From contig CAVWGE010000004.1 in NCBI GenBank assembly GCA_963754385.1, forward strand, positions 118,780 to 182,779: a DNA stretch of 64,000 nt, read 5' to 3'. Positions 20,517 to 29,910 of this stretch are shown piece by piece. The translations under genes and the position numbers were made by a program. The notes below the pieces were generated by a model that did not search any database, was not told the origin of the DNA, and saw only the letters and a list, made by a program, of their open reading frames with translations. Positions within the stretch are counted from its first letter, which is position 1; every line of letters starts with the position of its first letter. This DNA comes from an uncultured Chloroflexia bacterium. GTDB lineage: Bacteria; Chloroflexota; Dehalococcoidia; GIF9; UBA5629.

Positions 20517-22436
20517 ATGGGCAAAACAGTTGGTATTGATTTAGGGACCACGTTCAGTCTGGTAGCAGTTATTGAGGGTGGTGAGCCAAAGATAATCCCC
20601 AATACTGAAGGGGAAAGGCTTACACCTTCGGTCGTAGCCATTGACAAGAAGGGTGAGCGGCTGGTGGGTTTGCTGGCTAAACGGCAGGCAATTACCAATC
20701 CAGACAATACTATTTTCAGTGTGAAGAGGTTGATGGGGCGCAAATTCAAAGACTCCGAAGTTCAGTATGACATAAAGCGGTTGCCTTATAAGATAGTCGA
20801 AGCTAGTAATGGTGATGCCTGGGTGGCGATGGGAGGCAAGCAGTACAGTCCAGCGGAAATCTCGGCTATGATTCTGCAGAAGCTGAAAATCGATGCTGAA
20901 GCTTACCTTGGCGAGAAGGTCACCGATGCTGTGGTCACAGTACCAGCTTATTTCAACGACAGCCAACGCCAGGCGACCAAGGATGCTGGCACCATTGCGG
21001 GGTTGAATGTGATACGTATAGTAAACGAGCCAACCGCTTCAGCTTTGGCTTACGGGCTGGATAAGAAGCAGGAGGAAACTATTGCTGTCTATGACCTCGG
21101 CGGCGGTACGTTTGACATTTCCATACTTGAACTTGGTGAGGGTCAATTCCAGGTTAAGTCGACCAATGGTGATACTCATCTCGGCGGCGATGATATTGAC
21201 CAGAGAATTATGGACTGGCTCTGTGATGAGTTTAAGAAGGAGTCAGGCATAGATTTGAAGCAGGACAGGATGGCATTGCAGCGGTTAAAGGATGCTGGCG
21301 AGAGAGCCAAGCGCGAGCTATCCACAGTGGGACAGACGGAGATAAACCTGCCCTTCGTCACAGCTGATGCCTCTGGACCTAAGCATATGAATATAACCCT
21401 GACACGGGCCAAGCTGGAGCAATTGTCTATGGACCTACTGGAAAGAAGCATAGAACCCTGCCGCAAAGCTTTGGCTGATGCCAAACTTACTGCTGCCCAG
21501 ATAACCGATGTGATTCTGGTTGGCGGCCAAACAAGGATGCCAAAGGTTCAGGACATGGTGCGCCAGTTTTTTGGCAAGGAGCCGGTTAAGGGTGTTAATC
21601 CTGATGAGGTGGTGGCATTGGGGGCTGCTATCCAGGCGGGTGTACTCAAGGGAGATGTCAAAGACATTCTCCTGCTTGATGTCACACCGCTTACTTTGAG
21701 TATTGAGACGTTGGGTGGTGTGGCCACACCGCTTATTCCACGTAACACTACTATTCCAACCAAAAAGAGCCAGATTTTCAGCACGGCGTCCGACAACCAG
21801 CCCAGTGTGGAAATTCATGTGCTGCAAGGTGAACGTCCCATGGCGACGGATAATCGGACTCTGGGTCGTTTTATACTTGACGGTATTTTGCCAGCACCTA
21901 GAGGTGTGCCCCAGGTTGAGGTTACGTTTGACATAAATGCTAATGGCATTTTGGAGGTCAGGGCACAGGACAAAGGCACGGGCAAAGAGCAGAAGATTAC
22001 CATCACTGCCTCCAGCGGTCTGAGCAAGGGAGAAGTGGAGAAGATGGCTAAGGAAGCTGAAGCCCATGCTACTGAAGATTCCAGAAAGAAAGAAGAGGTG
22101 GAAACTCGGAACACGGCTGATAACTTAGTTTACACTTCTGAACGTACGCTTCGCGAACAAGGGGACAAGATTCCTGCCGACTTAAAGCAGCAGTTGGAGG
22201 GGAAGATAGCTGCGGTGCGTTCGGCTCTTCAAGGTACGGATATAAATTATGTTCGCAGCACTACTGAAGAGCTGTCTCAAGCGATGCAAAAGATTGGTGC
22301 TGCTGTATATGGGCAGGCTGGAACACCACCTCCACCAGGTGAAGCCCCTGGTGGTGAAGCCTCTGGTGGCGAAGCTCCAGGCGGACCGCCCGGTGGCGAG
22401 GAAGGTACTGTAGAAGGCGAGTTCCGGGAAGTATAA
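20517..22436 (+). CDS. dnaK: Chaperone DnaK (Hsp70)
   Basis: 639 aa with Hsp70 signatures [27 protein letters not shown]. Strong RBS AAGGAGG 8 nt upstream. Confidence 0.97.
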   Translation: MGKTVGIDLGTTFSLVAVIEGGEPKIIPNTEGERLTPSVVAIDKKGERLVGLLAKRQAITNPDNTIFSVKRLMGRKFKDSEVQYDIKRLPYKIVEASNGDAWVAMGGKQYSPAEISAMILQKLKIDAEAYLGEKVTDAVVTVPAYFNDSQRQATKDAGTIAGLNVIRIVNEPTASALAYGLDKKQEETIAVYDLGGGTFDISILELGEGQFQVKSTNGDTHLGGDDIDQRIMDWLCDEFKKESGIDLKQDRMALQRLKDAGERAKRELSTVGQTEINLPFVTADASGPKHMNITLTRAKLEQLSMDLLERSIEPCRKALADAKLTAAQITDVILVGGQTRMPKVQDMVRQFFGKEPVKGVNPDEVVALGAAIQAGVLKGDVKDILLLDVTPLTLSIETLGGVATPLIPRNTTIPTKKSQIFSTASDNQPSVEIHVLQGERPMATDNRTLGRFILDGILPAPRGVPQVEVTFDINANGILEVRAQDKGTGKEQKITITASSGLSKGEVEKMAKEAEAHATEDSRKKEEVETRNTADNLVYTSERTLREQGDKIPADLKQQLEGKIAAVRSALQGTDINYVRSTTEELSQAMQKIGAAVYGQAGTPPPPGEAPGGEASGGEAPGGPPGGEEGTVEGEFREV

Positions 22437-22467
22437 GGCTTTCTCTCGATCTGCTTGACGGCTGTAG

Positions 22468-22508
22468 CAGCGGATGGTTTATTCCCATAGAACATCCGCT
22501 GTTTTTTT
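22468..22508 (+). terminator. Rho-independent terminator after dnaK
   Basis: Stem cagcggatg / catccgctg with a 16-nt loop followed by TTTTTTT, 30 nt after the dnaK stop. Confidence 0.6.
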
Positions 22509-22664
22509 GTTGGCATTGTTTCTGGCTGAGATTCTTCGGTCGCTAAGCTTATTTAGAATGGCAATCGGCTATTCGTAAACGACCTTAAATGGTATTGACA
22601 GTATAGCTAGGAATCAATAAAATGATATATAGACGAAATCCAAACTGAAGGAGGTCTGGTTCAT

Positions 22665-22817
22665 ATGGCTAAGAAAAGTATAACCATAAGTGGTGTAGTC
22701 GCAGGTATTATAGCCATAGTCGCTGGTGTGTTAATTCTGTTTAACTGGCTACCTCTTTACCTCATTGTTGGTGTTTTTCTTATTGTTTGGGGTGTGCTGG
22801 CCGTTATAAATAAGTAA
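22665..22817 (+). CDS. Small membrane protein, 50 aa (DUF3096-like), missed by the 60-aa ORF cutoff
   Basis: ATG preceded by GGAGG at -11. Encodes MAKKSITISGVVAGIIAIVAGVLILFNWLPLYLIVGVFLIVWGVLAVINK, two TM helices. Confidence 0.45.
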   Translation: MAKKSITISGVVAGIIAIVAGVLILFNWLPLYLIVGVFLIVWGVLAVINK

Positions 22818-22893
22818 CAGTGTTTCTGTTTGGTGTAAGTAGTATTTCACTCGGGCTGAGGACATTATTATTTTGAAAAGGAGGTAATGTATT

Positions 22894-23052
22894 ATGTTTG
22901 GCATCACTATAGCTCCCGTAGGTGGTTTAATAATGGGGATACTAACTCTTATCTTCGGTATAATCATTATGATTTTTCCCCGGATACTAAACTATCTTAT
23001 AGGAATTTATCTGATCATAATCGGTATATGGGCTATAATTCTGGCTATTTAA
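22894..23052 (+). CDS. Small membrane protein, 52 aa, paralogue of the 22665 ORF
   Basis: ATG preceded by AAGGAGG. Encodes MFGITIAPVGGLIMGILTLIFGIIIMIFPRILNYLIGIYLIIIGIWAIILAI with the same two-helix architecture. Confidence 0.45.
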   Translation: MFGITIAPVGGLIMGILTLIFGIIIMIFPRILNYLIGIYLIIIGIWAIILAI

Positions 23053-23139
23053 TTTCGTAAGAAATCGAACATTTAATTTATCCGCTTTATCAAGGCTGAG
23101 TCGGCTTTGTTTCTGCCGGTGGCTGTGCCAGGCTAAGTT

Positions 23140-23907
23140 GTGCTCTATTTCGGAACATCTGGTTTCAGTTATAATGATTGGGTAGGTAACTTCTATCCTC
23201 GTGGGATGCCGCGGAGGGAGTGGCTGAAATACTACGCCCGTGAATTCAACTCCTTAGAGCTGAACGCTACGTTTTATGCTCTGCCTAAGCTTTCTGTTCT
23301 GGAAGCTATGGTTGATAAAACCGGAGAAGGTTTCCTATTTTCAGTTAAGGCGAATCAGGAGATGACGCATCAACGTCAGCAAGATAACAGGGTTTTTGTG
23401 GCTTTTATTCATATGCTCCAACCTTTTATTGATGCTGGTAAGCTGGGCTGTGTGTTAGCTCAGTTTCCTTACAGTTTTCACTTCAGTCGCCAGAATCGCG
23501 ATTATCTTGAATTTTTCCGGGAACGGCTGGGTGATTTACCGGTGGTTTTTGAGTTCCGCAACTCTCAATGGCTGAAGCCCGAAGTCTTCGATTGGCTACG
23601 GAACTGTAACCTTGGTTTCTGTTGTGTTGACGAGCCGCAGTTGCCCAATCTGTTGCCACCTTTGGCCGAGGTTACTAGCGATATCGGCTATGTACGGTTT
23701 CATGGCCGTAATGAGGCTAAGTGGTGGCAACATGAGCACGCTTACGAAAGGTATGATTACACTTATTCAGTCGAGGAACTGAAAGAATGGCTGCCACGGA
23801 TAAATAAGCTGAAGAGTCTGGCTGAAAAGACTTTTATCTTTGCCAATAATCATTGGCGTGGCCAGGCAATAGGCACTATACGCCAGCTACGTCTCATGGC
23901 TGACTAG
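23140..23907 (+). CDS. DUF72 family protein
   Basis: N-terminal YFGTSGFSYNDW and overall DUF72 pattern. Confidence 0.8.
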   Translation: MLYFGTSGFSYNDWVGNFYPRGMPRREWLKYYAREFNSLELNATFYALPKLSVLEAMVDKTGEGFLFSVKANQEMTHQRQQDNRVFVAFIHMLQPFIDAGKLGCVLAQFPYSFHFSRQNRDYLEFFRERLGDLPVVFEFRNSQWLKPEVFDWLRNCNLGFCCVDEPQLPNLLPPLAEVTSDIGYVRFHGRNEAKWWQHEHAYERYDYTYSVEELKEWLPRINKLKSLAEKTFIFANNHWRGQAIGTIRQLRLMAD

Positions 23908-23970
23908 CTTGCTTTCCTAGATAGCATGGGCTAGAATAGTCTCCACAGAATTCCAGGACAGGTTTGCGAA

Positions 23971-24345
23971 ATGGCCATTTTTACTGATTTTTATGAGCGT
24001 TTAAAACAAGAGCAGGCGCGCCTGAAATATGAGCTTCAGCAGCTTAAGGCTGAGGAGAAGTCTGCCGATGAACAACGGGAAGGCAGTCCTTTTGGGAAGA
24101 GGGAGGAGGGAGCCACTGAGGCATTTGAGTTAGAGAAGAGGCTGGCTCTGGAGAGACGGTTGACTGACGCTTTGGTGGAAGTGGAGCACGCTCTTAAGAA
24201 GTATGAAGCTGGCACATATGGTATATGTGACCTGTGTAGTCGGCCCATAGGGCCAGCCAGGCTTGAGGCATTGCCGCAAGCGACCTTGTGTCTTGAGTGT
24301 AAAGCGCGCCAGGCTCAAAATGCCAGAAGTAGAACGACAAGGTAG
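23971..24345 (+). CDS. DksA/TraR-family C4-type zinc-finger protein
   Basis: Coiled-coil N-terminus and C-terminal CDLCSRPI...CLECK zinc finger, directly upstream of lspA. Confidence 0.75.
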   Translation: MAIFTDFYERLKQEQARLKYELQQLKAEEKSADEQREGSPFGKREEGATEAFELEKRLALERRLTDALVEVEHALKKYEAGTYGICDLCSRPIGPARLEALPQATLCLECKARQAQNARSRTTR

Positions 24346-24838
24346 TTGGTGGCGGGGAGGATTATTCCTCATCATCGCTGCCTTTGTGATAGTGTTAGAC
24401 CAGATAAGCAAGCTGTGGGTCAGGTCTCATTTAGGTCTCTATGAAGCATCGCCTGTAATCGGTTGCCTGAGCCTGACCCATGTACGGAATACGGGTTCGG
24501 CTTTTGGTCTTTTCGCAAATCAAGCCTTTCTGTTAACTCTGGTAGCTATCGTTGGGCTAGTGACTGTTCTGCTGTTCTATCGCTATTTCTCCAGGTCTAA
24601 CATTTTGGGCATCTCGGCTTTGGGCTTGGTTTTTGGCGGTGCTGTAGGCAATCTGATAGACCGTCTTCGTTTTGGTTATGTTACCGACTTTATTGATGTT
24701 CGCCTGTGGCGTGATTTTCACTGGCCAGCTTTTAATGTCGCTGACTCAGCCATCACAGTTGGTAGTATAATGCTGGTTATCTTTATTTTTTTGGCATTTA
24801 GAAAGGGAGATGGTAGTTCCTCTGGAGCCGGAAGTTAA
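24320..24838 (+). CDS. lspA: Lipoprotein signal peptidase II
   Basis: Motifs NTGSAFGLF and DRLRFGYVTDFIDV with 4 TM segments. Start moved to the internal Met (MPEVERQ); the track ORF begins at 24263 and overlaps the preceding gene. Confidence 0.85.
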   Translation: MPEVERQGSWWRGGLFLIIAAFVIVLDQISKLWVRSHLGLYEASPVIGCLSLTHVRNTGSAFGLFANQAFLLTLVAIVGLVTVLLFYRYFSRSNILGISALGLVFGGAVGNLIDRLRFGYVTDFIDVRLWRDFHWPAFNVADSAITVGSIMLVIFIFLAFRKGDGSSSGAGS

Positions 24839-25733
24839 AATATTGCGGGTTATTGAACCAGCAATTCGCCTTGATAGATATCTGGCTAAGGAATACCCCG
24901 AGTTATCACGCTCCCGCCTTCAGAAGCTGATTGAGCAGGGTTATATTAAGGTTAATGGGTGTGGAGCCAAGGCAAGCCAGAAGCTGAACGCTGGAGATGA
25001 GATCCATGTTAGCCTGCCACCTCCCGAGCAGGTCTCACTTGTTGCTGAACCCATTCCCCTGGATGTGATTTATGAGGATGATGACCTTCTGTTGCTAGAT
25101 AAGCCGGCTGGGTTAGTTGTCCATCCATCACCAGGCCATACTGCTCATACCTTGGTCAATGCCCTTTTAGCTCGTTGTCCAGATTTGGCTAACTTTGGTG
25201 ATGTCATGCGGCCGGGTATAGTTCACCGTTTGGACAGGGATACCTCGGGGTTGATGATTGTCGCCAAGAATAGCGCCGCTCAGCAATATCTAATTAATCA
25301 ATTCAAAGCCCGGTCGGTGTCCAAGGGTTACCTTGTCTTAGTTAAAGGCAGACTGACTCCGAGTCAGGGCATTATCGATGCTTCTGTCGGGCGTGACCCG
25401 TCCAATCGCAAACGCATGGCGGTAGTATCTGGAGGCAGACAAGCCCAGACCAGATATAAGGTTAAGGAATATCTGGGTGATTATACCTTGCTCGATGTTA
25501 TCACTGAGACTGGTCGAACCCATCAGATACGAGTTCATTTATCGGCTATAGGCTACCCGGTCGTTGGTGACCCGATATATGGCGTCAAGTCAGCTTACGT
25601 TAAGCGGCAGTTTGTCCATGCTTACCGGTTAGGTTTCCATTTACCTGCCAGTGGTGAATATCGGGAGTTCACCTGTGAATTGCCTCCAGACTTGAAGCAG
25701 GCTCTGAGATTTATAGGCGGTGCAAAGGTTTAA
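24810..25733 (+). CDS. rluD: 23S rRNA pseudouridine synthase, RluD family
   Basis: S4 domain N-terminus and catalytic motif HRLDRDTSGLMIVAKN. Confidence 0.9.
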   Translation: MVVPLEPEVKILRVIEPAIRLDRYLAKEYPELSRSRLQKLIEQGYIKVNGCGAKASQKLNAGDEIHVSLPPPEQVSLVAEPIPLDVIYEDDDLLLLDKPAGLVVHPSPGHTAHTLVNALLARCPDLANFGDVMRPGIVHRLDRDTSGLMIVAKNSAAQQYLINQFKARSVSKGYLVLVKGRLTPSQGIIDASVGRDPSNRKRMAVVSGGRQAQTRYKVKEYLGDYTLLDVITETGRTHQIRVHLSAIGYPVVGDPIYGVKSAYVKRQFVHAYRLGFHLPASGEYREFTCELPPDLKQALRFIGGAKV

Positions 25734-25803
25734 AATTCTTGCCCTTTCCTATTGCTAATGTATAGATAATGTGTTAAATTGTATTTGAAGAGAGGTATTA
25801 ACG

Positions 25804-26079
25804 ATGAAGGGTGCTGACAAATCTTTTGAGCAGATTAAAAAGGGCCAGATGGGACGTGAAGGTGAATTATATTCGCAACTTATGGGCAAGGGCGAATTTG
25901 GTGATTTAGAGACATTCGAAGCTGATTCGGCTGTTCGGAGGAATGAGTTACTATTTAAAATCCAAACTGATATGGAAGATACTAAGAATGCCTTGAAACA
26001 GGCTGAACAGCTGACTGAGCGGCTTAGGCGAAGATTGAGCGACCTTGAGGGCATGTACCGTATCCTTACCAGAAAGTAA
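25804..26079 (+). CDS. Hypothetical coiled-coil protein
   Basis: 91-aa ORF with an RBS-like GAGAGG upstream; no recognisable family. Confidence 0.4.
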   Translation: MKGADKSFEQIKKGQMGREGELYSQLMGKGEFGDLETFEADSAVRRNELLFKIQTDMEDTKNALKQAEQLTERLRRRLSDLEGMYRILTRK

Positions 26080-26220
26080 GGGTTCGTTATAAATCTATCA
26101 GTTGTTTCCTATCTTTCCAGGGTGTTTTCTAATGGCTTAAGCTCTGTAGGATGAGTTGCTGTCTTCGGTAAATCTTAGGAACGTGCCGTAAAAGCTAACG
26201 TTCTACAAAAGGAATCAGGG

Positions 26221-26679
26221 TTGGAGAAGAAGCCAAGAGAGTTTGCCTTAGAGTATGCTGGCTTCTGGGTTCGGCTCGGGGCGGGTGTTATCGACCTCTT
26301 GCCCTTAGGGTTTATTGTTGTGATTATAGCCTACTTTTTCCCTGCTCCGATAATCTGGGTGACGAGTGGGTTAGTAATATCGGCTGCTTATTGGTTGGGC
26401 TTTTGGGTATGGCGGGGTCAGACGCCGGGTAAGATGGCTTTGGGGATAAAGGTTATTCGAACTGACAGTTCTCCGGTTAAATGGCAGTGTGCGCTGTGCC
26501 GTTTTTTGGGATACATCGTCTCGGCGGTAACCCTGTTCATCGGCTTTATCTGGGTTGCCTTCGATGGTCGCAAACAAGGTATACAAGATAAGATTGCCGA
26601 TACCTATGTAGTGAAGCTGCCAGTAAGACAGGTGGCTTTCACAGGACATTATGCTCGAGGCCAGGCTAGCTATGTCTGA
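26221..26679 (+). CDS. RDD-family membrane protein
   Basis: Three TM segments, conserved R..D.D pattern, TTG start. Confidence 0.6.
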   Translation: MEKKPREFALEYAGFWVRLGAGVIDLLPLGFIVVIIAYFFPAPIIWVTSGLVISAAYWLGFWVWRGQTPGKMALGIKVIRTDSSPVKWQCALCRFLGYIVSAVTLFIGFIWVAFDGRKQGIQDKIADTYVVKLPVRQVAFTGHYARGQASYV

Positions 26680-28117
26680 AGCGATGGTTCGGGTTCGTTT
26701 TGCTCCCAGTCCAACCGGCTATCCTCATCTGGGTAACATCAGGACGGCTCTGTTTAACTGGGCATTTGCCCGGCATAATAACGGCGTTTTTATTTTGCGG
26801 ATTGAGGATACCGATGTCGCTCGCCTCGTGGAGGGGGCGACGGATGTTATTCTGGAGAGCCTGCGCTGGCTGGGGCTTGATTGGGATGAAGGCCCTTATT
26901 CCCAGTCACAACGGCTTGAATATTACCGTGAAGTAGCTGACGGATTATTGAAGCGTGGGCTTGCTTACCGTTGTTACTGCTCTCCACAGCGGCTCGACTC
27001 AATGCGACAAGAGCAGATGAAGCGGAAGCAGCCACCCGGCTATGACCGCCACTGCCGTAATCTTACACCAAAAGAATGCGCTGAGAAGGAGTCGAGCGGG
27101 ATTGTACCCGTGGTGCGTTTCAAGTCACCACTCGAAGGCCAAACCTCATTCAATGACCTGTTGCGTGGTCAGATAGTCTTTGAAAATACCACCCTTGATG
27201 ATTTCGTTCTACTCAAGTCCGATGGTTATCCTACTTATCATCTGGCTAATATAGTTGACGACCATCTGATGGAGATTTCCCATGTTCTACGGGCTGATGA
27301 GTGGCTATCTAGCACACCACGTCATGTTCTGCTATACCAGGCGCTCGGTTGGCAGCCACCGCAGTTTGCCCACCTGCCTATGATTTTGGGGCCGGATAGG
27401 TCGAAGTTGAGCAAACGGCATGGCGCTACGGCCATAACTGAATATCGAGAGCGGGGCTATTTGCCTGAGGCAATGTTTAACTTTCTAGTTCTGCTTGGCT
27501 GGGCGCTGGATGATAAGACGGAGCTTTTAACGCGAGAAGAGATAATAAAACATTTCTCCCTGGAACGAATAAGCAGAACTGCAGCTGTGTTCAACAAAGA
27601 TAAGCTCGATTGGATGAACGGGGTTTATATCAGGGCTTTGAGCTTGGAAGAATTTGTCCAGCGAGCTATCCCTTTTTTGGAAAGGGACTTACCTGCAGAA
27701 ATCAGTCGTCCGCTGGACGTTGGCTACATTCGCCAGTTTGCGCCTCTTGTCCAGGAGAGGGCTAGAACCCTGGCTGAAACACCACAGCTCAGCGAGTTTT
27801 TCTTTATTGATGAACTGGAATATGATTCCGGGCTGCTCTTGAGCAAAATCGATAAGGCTGAAGCGATTAAAAGTCTCCAGGCTTCGGTTGTCAGTATGGA
27901 TAGCTTGAAGGATTGGAACACGGCTTCGCTGGAGGCTGTTTTTCGGCCGTTGGCTGAAGAGCTTAAATTGAAGACCAGCGTGTTTTTTGGGCTGTTGCGT
28001 GTGGCGGTTACGGGAAGAACGGCAGCTCCGCCTCTATTTCAAACTATGGAGGTGTTGGGGAAGGAGCGGTGTCTTAAACGGCTCAGGGCAGCCTTGGATA
28101 AACTTTCGACTTCTTAG
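26672..28117 (+). CDS. gltX: Glutamate--tRNA ligase
   Basis: HIGH-type motif PSPTGYPHLGNIRTA and KMSKS-type motif KLSKR. Start placed at the internal Met (MSEAMVRVRFAPSPTG). Confidence 0.93.
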   Translation: MSEAMVRVRFAPSPTGYPHLGNIRTALFNWAFARHNNGVFILRIEDTDVARLVEGATDVILESLRWLGLDWDEGPYSQSQRLEYYREVADGLLKRGLAYRCYCSPQRLDSMRQEQMKRKQPPGYDRHCRNLTPKECAEKESSGIVPVVRFKSPLEGQTSFNDLLRGQIVFENTTLDDFVLLKSDGYPTYHLANIVDDHLMEISHVLRADEWLSSTPRHVLLYQALGWQPPQFAHLPMILGPDRSKLSKRHGATAITEYRERGYLPEAMFNFLVLLGWALDDKTELLTREEIIKHFSLERISRTAAVFNKDKLDWMNGVYIRALSLEEFVQRAIPFLERDLPAEISRPLDVGYIRQFAPLVQERARTLAETPQLSEFFFIDELEYDSGLLLSKIDKAEAIKSLQASVVSMDSLKDWNTASLEAVFRPLAEELKLKTSVFFGLLRVAVTGRTAAPPLFQTMEVLGKERCLKRLRAALDKLSTS

Positions 28118-28164
28118 AGCGGACAAAGCTGTGCGCCTTTTTAATTCTCTAATTTTCAGCTGAT

Positions 28165-28974
28165 CTAAAGCTTCTGGCATTTAGGGCAGAAGTAGCTGCC
28201 GCGGTTTCTGATGGCAAGGCGCTGGATGGGTGTGCCACAGATAGGGCATGGTTTGCCGCCACGGTGGGCGACGCTGAAGTTGGAATGAGCAGTGCCAAAC
28301 TGACCATCGGGGCGTTTATAGGTGTCAATACTGGCACCTTTGCTGTCGATGGCTGAGCGTAGAACATCAACGATGGCTTTATGGAGTTTTTTGATTTCTT
28401 TGGGTGACAAGCTATTTGCCTTGTTAAGCGGATGAATTCTGGCAGCGAACAGGGCTTCATCGGCATACATGTTTCCAATGCCGGCAATAAAAGATTGGTC
28501 GAGCAGAACAGCTTTTATCGGTGCCTTGTGTTTCTGCAGTCGTTTGGTTAGGAGTTCGGCGGTGAATTCGGGAGTTAACGGCTCGGGTCCAAGCTTGCCG
28601 ACTATAGCACGTTCATTTTCTACCAGCCAGAGAGCCCCTAAACGTCTGCGGTCGGTGAAGATAAGCTGGCTGCCGTTATCGAGGTTGAAGATGACTCTGG
28701 CGTGACGGTCGGTTTGCTCCAGATTCAGCAGCAGAGCGCCGGACATTTTGAGGTGTATAATCAGCACACCGCCGCTGGATAGATGGAAAATGAGATACTT
28801 GCCTCGACGCTCAAGGTTGTTTATCTTTTTCCCTATTAGTTTTCGGCGGAACTCTTCAACTGAAGGCTGGCGCACCAGTTTGGCATCGCAGACTGTAATA
28901 TCGGTGAATCGCCGTCCGATTACGTGTGCAGAAAGTTCGTTCCTTATCGTTTCTACTTCAGGCAGTTCAGGCAC
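28165..28974 (-). CDS. mutM: Formamidopyrimidine-DNA glycosylase
   Basis: GTG start gives the obligatory N-terminal PELPEVE. Also H2TH region and C-terminal zinc finger CPICGTPIQRLAIRNRGSYFCPKCQK. The track ORF is over-extended 5' to 29100. Confidence 0.88.
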   Translation of the reverse strand: MPELPEVETIRNELSAHVIGRRFTDITVCDAKLVRQPSVEEFRRKLIGKKINNLERRGKYLIFHLSSGGVLIIHLKMSGALLLNLEQTDRHARVIFNLDNGSQLIFTDRRRLGALWLVENERAIVGKLGPEPLTPEFTAELLTKRLQKHKAPIKAVLLDQSFIAGIGNMYADEALFAARIHPLNKANSLSPKEIKKLHKAIVDVLRSAIDSKGASIDTYKRPDGQFGTAHSNFSVAHRGGKPCPICGTPIQRLAIRNRGSYFCPKCQKL

Positions 28975-29115
28975 TATTTGATAGCCACCTTTGTTGTAAG
29001 GAGTTTTCAGTCGACTGTTGGTCGATAGGCACCTGTATTGTAGCCTAAAGTGCTTGTGTGTTAAACATTTGCTGGCTATAATCTTTAGGTAAATCCGCAA
29101 TACGGTTTTGTTTCA

Positions 29116-29868
29116 ATGGAAAGAAGGAGCGCAATGAGCTACAGAGGAGGGCTTGTGCTGGCGGCTTGCCTTGTATTTGCCACTGCGTTAATGCTAGTGA
29201 GCTGTGTGAGTCCGGCCCAAGAACACCTTAATAAAGGTGATGAGTACTTTGAGCAAGGGCGATATGATGAAGCCATTGTGGAATACACTGAAGCAATTGA
29301 GCTCGACGCACAGCTTGCTAGTAGTTATAGCAGCCGTGGACTTGCCTATCATAATAAAGGTGAGCTTGGTGAGGCGATAGCGGATTTTGATGAGGCGATT
29401 AAGCTTGACCCCAAACGTGCTGAGCTTTATTACAATCGTGGTAACGTGTATTTCGAGAGGGGACAGTTTCAATCAGCTGTAGCTAATTATGACAAGGCTA
29501 TTGTGCTTGCCCCGAGGTTTGTCATGGCTTACAACAATAGGGGACAGGCTTATGCCGGGCAGTATAAGTTTGATAGAGCCATAGCTGATTACGATAAGGC
29601 TATCGATTTAGACCCGAAGCTAGCTATTGCTTATGATAACCGGGGCCTTATGTACATCAACAAAGGAGAGTTCGACAAGGCTATAGCTGACTGCACTAGG
29701 GCAATAGAGCTGGAGCCGGAGCTAGCCACAGCGTATTTTAATCGGGCGTACGCCTATAATAAGAAGGGCGATGTAGCCCAGGCGAAAGCTGATTTAAAAA
29801 AGTGCATTGAAATATCAACTGACCCTAATCTCACCAAGGCGGCGAAAGACCTGCTGGTGAGGCTTTGA
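29116..29868 (+). CDS. TPR-repeat lipoprotein
   Basis: Signal/lipobox (LMLVSC) followed by about six 34-aa TPR units (AIxxYxxAIxLxP pattern). Confidence 0.8.
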   Translation: MERRSAMSYRGGLVLAACLVFATALMLVSCVSPAQEHLNKGDEYFEQGRYDEAIVEYTEAIELDAQLASSYSSRGLAYHNKGELGEAIADFDEAIKLDPKRAELYYNRGNVYFERGQFQSAVANYDKAIVLAPRFVMAYNNRGQAYAGQYKFDRAIADYDKAIDLDPKLAIAYDNRGLMYINKGEFDKAIADCTRAIELEPELATAYFNRAYAYNKKGDVAQAKADLKKCIEISTDPNLTKAAKDLLVRL

Positions 29869-29910
29869 GAAGCATTATTTTTGTTCCTATCTGTGAAGAT
29901 GCTACTGGGC

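Noticed and set aside
20541-22516. Antisense ORFs inside dnaK and a Pro/Gly-rich reverse ORF at 22277-22516
   Set aside because: These are shadows of the dnaK frame; the Gly/Pro-rich one mirrors the DnaK C-terminal GGEAPGG repeats.
28975-29100. N-terminal 42-aa extension of the fpg ORF
   Set aside because: Fpg requires Pro2 as the catalytic nucleophile. The GTG at 28974-28972 gives M-PELPEVE, so the extension is non-coding.
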